A DNA stretch of 64,000 nucleotides from Emiliania huxleyi CCMP1516 (taxonomy: Eukaryota), in contig NW_005201249.1 of the NCBI RefSeq assembly GCF_000372725.1, forward strand, positions 24,198 to 88,197, read 5' to 3'. The translations under genes and the position numbers were made by a program. This document shows positions 56,875 to 64,000 of the stretch, piece after piece; the first letter of the stretch is position 1, and every line of letters begins with the position of its first letter. Below the pieces are notes generated by a model, which was not told where the DNA came from, ran no database searches, and was given only the letters and a program-made list of their open reading frames with translations.

Positions 56875-59800
56875 ATGAGGCGGCTTGCATTCGCCTCCAC
56901 CGCCGCCGCTGGTGGTGTCGCCTGGCTCTCGCAAGACTACCAGTCCGGGCCGGCGCGCACTGCTCGCAGCCTCTGCTGCGGCGTCGCGATCGGCATAGAC
57001 TACAAGGTGGCCGGCCGCCTTCCGCACGGCTCGGATGAGCACGCCGCCGCCATGCGTGAGGCGCACGAGCGAGGTGCGCAGCGGCTCCTCGCGCTCTGCC
57101 GTGCGCACGGTGGCCTGTACAACAAGCTCGGCCAGTATCTGGCGTCCATGACGTCGGCGCTGCCACCGCAGTACACCAGCACGCTCTCGGCCTGCCAGGA
57201 CCGCGCGGCGCCCGTGGCGCTCGTGGAGGTGCGCGAGACGGTGGAGACGCAGCTGGGAGCGCCGCTCGCGTCCCTCTTTGCGGAGTTCGACGACGCACCT
57301 GTCGCCGCCGCCTCGCTGGCGCAAGTGCACCGCGCTGTGCTCTCGGACGGCCGGTCAGTCGCCGTCAAGGCGCGCTCTTCACACCTCGATGCTCTTCACA
57401 CCTCGATGCTCTTCACACCTCGATGCTCTTCACACCTCGATGCTCTTCACACCTCGATGCTCGCCGCCTCGCTCTGCGCCCCTGACAGTTCGCCCCTCGC
57501 TCCTCACACCTCCCTCTTCGCACCTGTTCACCGGCACAGCTCGCTTACACGGTGAGCCAGAGCCACCGGGACGGTCTGCTCGGCGCCACCGCTACCCTTA
57601 GCTCGCAGGTGCAGTACCCGCGGGTGGCAGGGCAGGTGGCCTCCGACCTCGGGTCGATGCGCCTGCTCTCGGCTCTGGCGGAGGCTGCCTTCCCCGGCGC
57701 AGGCTACGGCTGGATCATCGGCGAGTTCGAGGCGGCTGCAGAGACGCCTCCTCCTCCGCCTGCCCAGCCACCGCCACACACCCGCGTGCCAGGAACCTTC
57801 TAGGAACCTTCTAGGAAGCTTCCGCCTGCCCAGCCACCGCCACACACCCGCGTGCCAGGAACCTTCTAGGAACCTTCTAGGAAGCTTCCGCCTGCCCAGC
57901 CACCGCCACACACCCGCGTGCCGGCCTGACACACAGCAAGGAGTAGTGTCTACGCCCGAGTGCCAATTTGGCTACGGGCGGCGGGTTGCGTTGTCCTGAC
58001 GCCTCCGTCCGTCCTGGACGGGCGTTGCGGCGCGTGCATATCCACGGCTAGCTAGCAACACTACTGCTACTGCTGGCCTCAAGTTGAGCAGCTTGCCTTG
58101 GCATCGCGGCTTCTCGACTCTGCGGACGCCGACGCCCTGTGGCGGTCGCTGCCGCAGGCGTCGACGCGCGACGAGCTCGACTTTCGGAACGAAGCGGCCA
58201 ACGCCGCCGCCTGCGCCGCGCTGTTCGCCGCGGAGCCGCGAGTGCACGCGCGGGATCGCCTCGCCTTGCCCGACGGGGCCATGGAGGGGGCTTGCTCACT
58301 CTCAGCTGGCGTGGGGTCAGGTCCCGGCCACCGACCCCTCCCTCTCGGGCGAGCGAGTGCTGACGATGGAGTGGGTCGACGGCGAGAGCGAGCCGAGATG
58401 TGGGGAGATGTGGGGAGATGTGGGTCGACGGCGAGAGCGAGCCGAGATGTGGGGAGATGTGGGGAGATGTGGGGAGATGTGGGTCGACGGCGAGAGCGAG
58501 CCGAGATGTGGGGAGATGTGGGGAGATGTGGGGAGATGTGGGTCGACGGCGAGAGCGAGCCGAGATTGAGCGAGATTGAGCGGGATCCAGCCGAGATCTG
58601 AGGCGCGATCTAGGTCAGAGAGACCCCCGTGGGCACCCTGTCCTCGTTCCATCCCACGCTTGGCGCGTCTGTTTTCTTTCTTTCTTTCTTAAAGAGTTCT
58701 TTTGTTTAAATTCTTACACCGGGTACATGAGATAGGAAGAGGCAGACTCCCTAGGGTGGGCGACAGCTAGCGCACCACACCCCTCTCCTTAAAATCCCTG
58801 TGTGGTGGCGGCGNNNNNNNNNNNNNNNNNNNNNNNNNNNNNNNNNNNNNNNNNNNNNNNNNNNNNNNNNNNNNNNNNNNNNNNNNNNNNNNNNNNNNNN
58901 NNNNNNNNNNNNNTGAAATGGTTCATGAACTGGTTCGGTGAACTCGCTCGCGGTTCGTTCGTTAGGTTTCGGAGTTCGCTGTGGACGGCATCACCTTGGT
59001 TCGCTGCATCGGGTTCGGTCGTTCGCCCTTGGGCGCCGAAACCTCGTGCCTCGAATTAGTTCGTGAACTAGAGCCTTTTATTTTTATATTCCCCCACCGA
59101 CCCTTTTCACACCCGCAGGCCGAGGAATACCAGGGATGTTTGTCTGAATGCGAACGAACCGCGAACGAAAGAAATGTTTTATTTTGTTGGGTCTGCAGGC
59201 CCGCCTGTAGTCCCTGGTTGCCTACTAGAGACCTAGTACGCCTGGATGCCTCGGGGAGCCCCAGCCCGGATCAGTCTAGTAGGCAGTTCAGATACGCACG
59301 GGATCCAGGCAGCACAGGGGGTCAGAGATAACAGCTCAGGCAGCAGCATTGGGACTCCTAGTCGTCGGAGAGCACGGGCTGCGGGAAGCAGTGGTCACAT
59401 GTGGACAAATCTCGGCACATCTCCCCACATCTCCCCACATCTCCGCCACGCGGCAGGCGCCAAGCTCGACGACCCCGCCGCGCTGCTCGCGGCCGGCGTC
59501 CAGCCTGCAGAGGTGGCGCCGCTGCTGACGGCTACTTTCTCGGCGGGCGGCGGTGAGGCGCGGAGAGGGCACACGCGCGGCACGACTGCGAACGTCTGGG
59601 CGCGGCTGCGGGTAGGCGATGGTCTTCGAGCACGGGTTTGTGCACTGTGACCCGCACGCGGGCAACCTGCTGGCGAGGCGAATGCCGCAGGCTGGGGCGA
59701 GAGACGGGCGGGGCGGTGGCGGCGGCGGCGGCGGCGGCGGCGCCCAGCTGGCGCACCGCTCGCGGCCCTCCCGCAGCCACACACACACGCGCGCGCGCGC

Positions 59801-60952
59801 GCGCGCGCGCACGCACACACACTCACTCACTCACGCGCGCGCCCCACGCGCGCACACACGCGCCCTCGGCCCACCGCAATCACCGCAATCGTGTCACGCT
59901 GCTCGACCACGGCCGCGCCCGAGACGATGTCGGGCCGACGTCGGGCTGATGTCGAGCTGATGTCGAGATTGGGCGAGGGCAGTGCTGCTCGTAGGTGCTG
60001 CTTGACCACGGCCTGTACCGCCGCCTGAGCGAGGACTACCGCCTCGCATACGCGCAGCTGTGGTGCGCGCTGCTAGCGCAGGACGACGCCGCGGGCCGCG
60101 CCGCCGCAAGCGCGCTCGGTGCGCCTTCCGCCGAGACGGAGCCGAGATTGACGGGCGATTGAGCCGGGGTTGGGCCGAGATAAGGCCGAGATTGAGGCGA
60201 GATTGAGCCGAGATTGAGCCGAGACCGAGCCGTCCGCGACTCGGCCCCGCAGGCGTGCCGCCCGACGACTACGAGACCCTCGCCATCGCGCTCACCTTCC
60301 GACCGCCCGGCTCACGTGCTCCCCTCGGCTCGGGCGCGCCGGCTGCACAGCGGGGCGTCTCTCGGCCGCTCCCCGCCCACCTCTCGGCCGCGTTTCGGCG
60401 CTAGGCATGTCGGCGACGGAGCGGCGCGCGATCCGCGAGCGATACGCCAGCGTTGGGCCAGCTGAGGCGGACGGCATGCCACGCTGCGCCTCGGCGCTAT
60501 CTCGGCTCGACCTCGGCTCGACCTCGGCTCAGTCTCGACTCAATCTCGGCCAGGTGAACGCGTTTCTCGGCCGCCTCCCGCGCGACATGCTCTTCGTGAT
60601 GCGGACGTGGGGCCTCGTCCGCTCGCTCAACCGCGCGTTGGGCGGCACCACTCGCCAGCGATTCGTCACCATGGCAACGTACGCGACGCGAGGCGCGCAC
60701 CGGCGCCGCCCGTCCGCTCGCGCCGAGCCTGCGGCCGCGGGCGCGGCGTGGCTGCCCGGGCAGCTGCTCCGCGCATGCGCTGCGTGCCGCCGCCGCACCG
60801 CGCTCTGGCTCGCGGCGTGGCGCGTGTGGAGCGCGGTGCTCCGCTTCCGAGCGCGTGTGGCGTTCGAGGGGCTGGCCGCGAGGCTTGCGCTTGGCGAGGG
60901 AGGAGGTGCGGTCGAGGGGCTGCTCGCGCCGGGCGCGAAACAGTTTGGCTAG
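56875..60952 (+). CDS. ABC1/UbiB atypical kinase, ADCK1/ADCK5-like (multi-exon, repeat-filled introns)
   Basis: GGLYNKLGQYLAS, FAEFDDAPVAAASLAQVHRA, VAVK|VQYP, ELDFRNEAANA, VLTMEWVDG, GFVHCDPHAGNLL, LLDHGLY, LPRDMLFVMR; stop TAG at 60950-60952. Confidence 0.92.
58637..59258. repeat. Family B (58637-58813) and family C (58914-59258) repeats inside an ABC1 intron
   Basis: Reverse complements of 62400-62578 and 53367-53710 respectively. Confidence 0.8.
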
Positions 60953-61168
60953 AGAGGGGCGTTGTAGTACGCTCGGTGTATAATTGCGCGCGCCGCAGCT
61001 TTGCCGCCGCGAGGAATAAAAACTACACGTGTCTTGGACACATACATCACGAGATATTCCACAAAATAGAATTAGACAATTCCGCGGCCGGCGCACGGAG
61101 ACACACACCGCGACGCGCGGACCGGACCGCGGACCCGACGCATACTACTAACTCGACGCGCAGACGCG

Positions 61169-62012
61169 TCACCTGTCGACTTGCAGGGCCGGGCGGCGGC
61201 CAAGGTTTGCCGCTGCGCTCGCGCAAGCGCCGTAGAGGGCGAGCGTGCCGCAAATGTACACGAGGTAGAGGGCGAGGTGGAGGGACTGCTGCCACTGCTC
61301 AGTGAGCGTTCGATAGTCGCTGTTCGGCCTGAGGGGAGGAGAGGGCGGCGTGAGGCTAGCAGCTGGCGACAGCAAAGGCAGCATGTGTTCTTGTGGGTGT
61401 GTTCCAGCATCTCCGTCACATCCCCCCTCCCTCTCTCGCTGGCAGGACGCACGAGGAGATCATCGCGCGGTACACGCGCAGCACCAGGCAGGAGAGCAGG
61501 CCGAAGATCTGAGTCACGAGCGAGCCTGCCATCGGAGCTTAGAGACTGGGAGAGACATGGGACAGTGTGCGTGCGGGAACCGCTTTATGCGATACCCTTG
61601 TACGACAGCAGCGCATCGACGGTCGAGACTCGCGCCGCTGCAGCCGACGCCACCACGCTGGCCGTGATTGCGAACACCATCAGTCGCAGGAGGAACTGCG
61701 GGAGCACGGAGGCGGGTGAGGACTTTCAGGGGCAGACAGCCGGCGAGGGCATATACACGTGATCAGAGCGGCGCGGTGGTCGCAGCAATGACAGTGCAGC
61801 AATGGTGCGCGTCTGCAGATGGTGCGTGGTGCCTGCAGCACAAGGAGCGCGAGCTCAGTAGGCTGGCTCGCGCCGGGCGAGTCCACCGCATTGCCAAAGG
61901 CGCAGATGGCCGAGTCGAGCACCAGCAGCAGGTACACGCCCGAGACGCTCGAGGCGTAGAAGTCGACCTTCATGACGGTCGTTTCAACGTTCACCCATGG
62001 CGGGGTTCCCAC
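61169..62012 (-). CDS. Small multi-TM protein, TMEM138-like (multi-exon)
   Basis: YLLLVLD...ELALLVLQ|FLLRLMVFAI...VDALLSYKG...W...LYLVYI...AANLG follows the TMEM138 pattern as I recall it. Weak similarity only. Confidence 0.4.
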
Positions 62013-62339
62013 AGCGAGGTGTGGGGGCGCTCAGGCTCGTTGTAGGTCTATTGTTGGCAAATCAAGACACATAGCTCACACAGAATCACAGCGGGAGGAA
62101 AGCGGCGATCACGACTCTCACAGTGATTTCTTCCAGAGATGGTGCGGGGGTACGGGTGTTCCAGGGGGTACGACACGCACCGACCCTTCACGACCCGAAA
62201 GGCTGTCTTGTGGTCGGCCGTGAAAGATTTTTTCCTTTTTGGATGGTTCTTAAAGAAAATTCTTTTCCCATTCTTTTCCCGAGCACTTTCCGACGACGCC
62301 TTCTGTGAGGAGGACGGCATCTGTGAGGGCGACGGCTTG

Positions 62340-63050
62340 TACCCGGTGTAAAAGAAAGAAAGAAAACAGACAACCCAAGGGAGGGATGGGAGAACGGCAC
62401 GCCGCCACCACACAGGGATTTTAAGGAGAGGGGTGTGGTGCGCTAGCCGTCGCCCACCCTAGGGAGTCTGCCTCTTCCTATCTCATGTACCCGGTGTAAG
62501 AATTTAAACAAAAGAACTCTCTAAGAAAGAAAGAAAGAAAACAGACACGCCAAACGAGGGATGGGACGAGGACAGGGTCCCCACCTGCACGAGCAGGATT
62601 TTGGAAGAACGATCAGGGGGACAGGTGGGGCTCTCCTGCTCCTGACAAGGGACACGACAGGCTCGCAGCGCGGTGCGCGGTGGACTCCCACATCCACTGG
62701 CGGTCTCATCTCAGTCTAGCGACCTGCCTCCAGCTTGTCGCTGGCAGTCTCTCCTACCACAGGCACACTGACACAGGGGTGGCAGGGGCGGCGGCACGAG
62801 TCGTATGTACCCGGTGTCGTGCGAGGGAGTTTTGTTCTAAAATTCTTTCCCGTGGTGTACCTGTGTTAGTGCCAGTGCGCGCCAGTCCCGTGCCCAGTGT
62901 TGTGCGAGGGAGTTTTGTTGTAAAATTCTTTTCCCGAGCGTGTACCTGTGTTAGTGCCAGTGCGCGCCAGTCCCGTGCCCATTGTTGCTGGAGTTTTCCC
63001 AAATTCTTTTTGTGAGAGGGGCCTGTATTGCCAGAATTCTTTTCCCGAGG
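62340..63050. repeat. Mosaic of dispersed repeat family B modules with (GAAA)n tracts and short tandem duplications
   Basis: Modules recur at 7873-7934, 40745-40815 (inverted), 43735-44150, 55644-55700 and 58637-58813 (inverted). Confidence 0.75.
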
Positions 63051-63097
63051 ACTGCCTCCATCATCCAGCTGCCTGACGTGCATCCAAGCGTGCATGT

Positions 63098-64000
63098 ATG
63101 CACGCCCTCTTCACGCTCGCGCTCGCTCTCGCATCGCCTCAGATCACCTCCAGGGCAGAGCTTCGCATCGCCATCGGCGACTCGCCTCCACAGACGCTGT
63201 CGCTAGGCCTGTACGGCACCGCGGCGCCTGAATCTGTGGCGCTCTTTGAAGGGCTTTGTCGAGGCATCTCGGACGCGGGTCGGCCGCCCAAAACGCTCAC
63301 CTACGCTGGGTCGAGCATCTCCCGGATCGAGCGCGACAGAATCATCGTTGGAGGCTCGCTCTCTGGTGCAGCTCTCGTTTGCTGCGTCTGTATGAGTCCG
63401 CAGGGGTCGCCGCAGCCTCGTCCACGTCTACGACTGTAGGCGGCAACGGCCGCAAGGTGGATCGCGAGATCGACGCCACCGGCTACGTCCGCACCGAGAC
63501 ACTCAGCCGCGCCGACGCCTTTGCCAACGACGACTCCAACGCCCTGCCACATGACCGCGCTGGCTTGCTGTCGATGCGCCGTGGCGGCCGCGCCTTTGAG
63601 TTCGGGCTGACGCCGTGCGCCAACCGTGCGCTCGACGCGACGCGCATCGTGGTTGGGGAGGTGCTGGGCGAGGCGGACGGCGGCGCGGGCCTCAGGCTCC
63701 TCTCGACGCTCAATGACTTGCCTGCGCGGCAGCCGTCCGCGGTGAGCGAGCTGGGTGGCGTCGCCGCGCTGTACGGCCTGCGGCGCCGCCTCATGCCTCG
63801 GGCCTCGCCGCTCGCGCGTGCCACGACCAGCGAGGCTGCCACGCAATTCCTGTAGGCTCGGCCTCGGGCTCGGCTTCGCTGGCTTGGTGGGCCAGGGCTT
63901 GCGGCTGGCCCGACGGGAGGCCCTCGCGGCGGCGGGCTTGGGGACGGCGGCCGCCTCCTTTGTGGGGACCGACCCGAGGGAGGGGAGGGACTTGGCGTAC
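63098..64000 (+). CDS. Cyclophilin-type PPIase-like protein with signal peptide (divergent; runs off the window end)
   Basis: ITSRAELRIAIG...LSLGLYGTAAPESVALFEGLC, TYAGSSISRI, LPHDRAGLLSM, FEFGLT...ALDATRIVVGEVL. Confidence 0.8.

Overview
This is very GC-rich, intron-rich eukaryotic DNA with assembly gaps. Many GC-AG introns filled with 10-bp CGAGAT/ATCTCG repeats point to a haptophyte such as Emiliania/Gephyrocapsa (inference). The standout is a ~9.2-kb multi-exon gene (18946-28147, +). After phase-compatible splicing it encodes one polypeptide: ubiquitin-like, AP2, two Tudor/PWWP-like, MBD-like, RecQ helicase with Zn site, PHD, chromodomain, then a gamma/QDE-1-type RNA-dependent RNA polymerase whose DYDGD motif is split by an intron. 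This fuses the two Neurospora quelling initiators, QDE-3 and QDE-1, with chromatin readers. Other unusual fusions are a TM/coiled-coil-tethered divergent actin, a subtilase-Hint (Hog) protein and a multi-TM HET-domain protein. More ordinary genes: D2HGDH 3' end, NodU/CmcH carbamoyltransferase, ankyrin protein, TsaE, Myb factor, CRAL-TRIO-like protein, MPDU1-like PQ-loop protein, PAN/Apple proteins, a TSP3-repeat protein, ABC1 kinase, TMEM138-like protein and a cyclophilin. There are several MITE-like and dispersed repeats, including a 7.7-kb TTAA-flanked inverted-repeat segment carrying genes. Exon boundaries and domain calls were made by eye, not computed.
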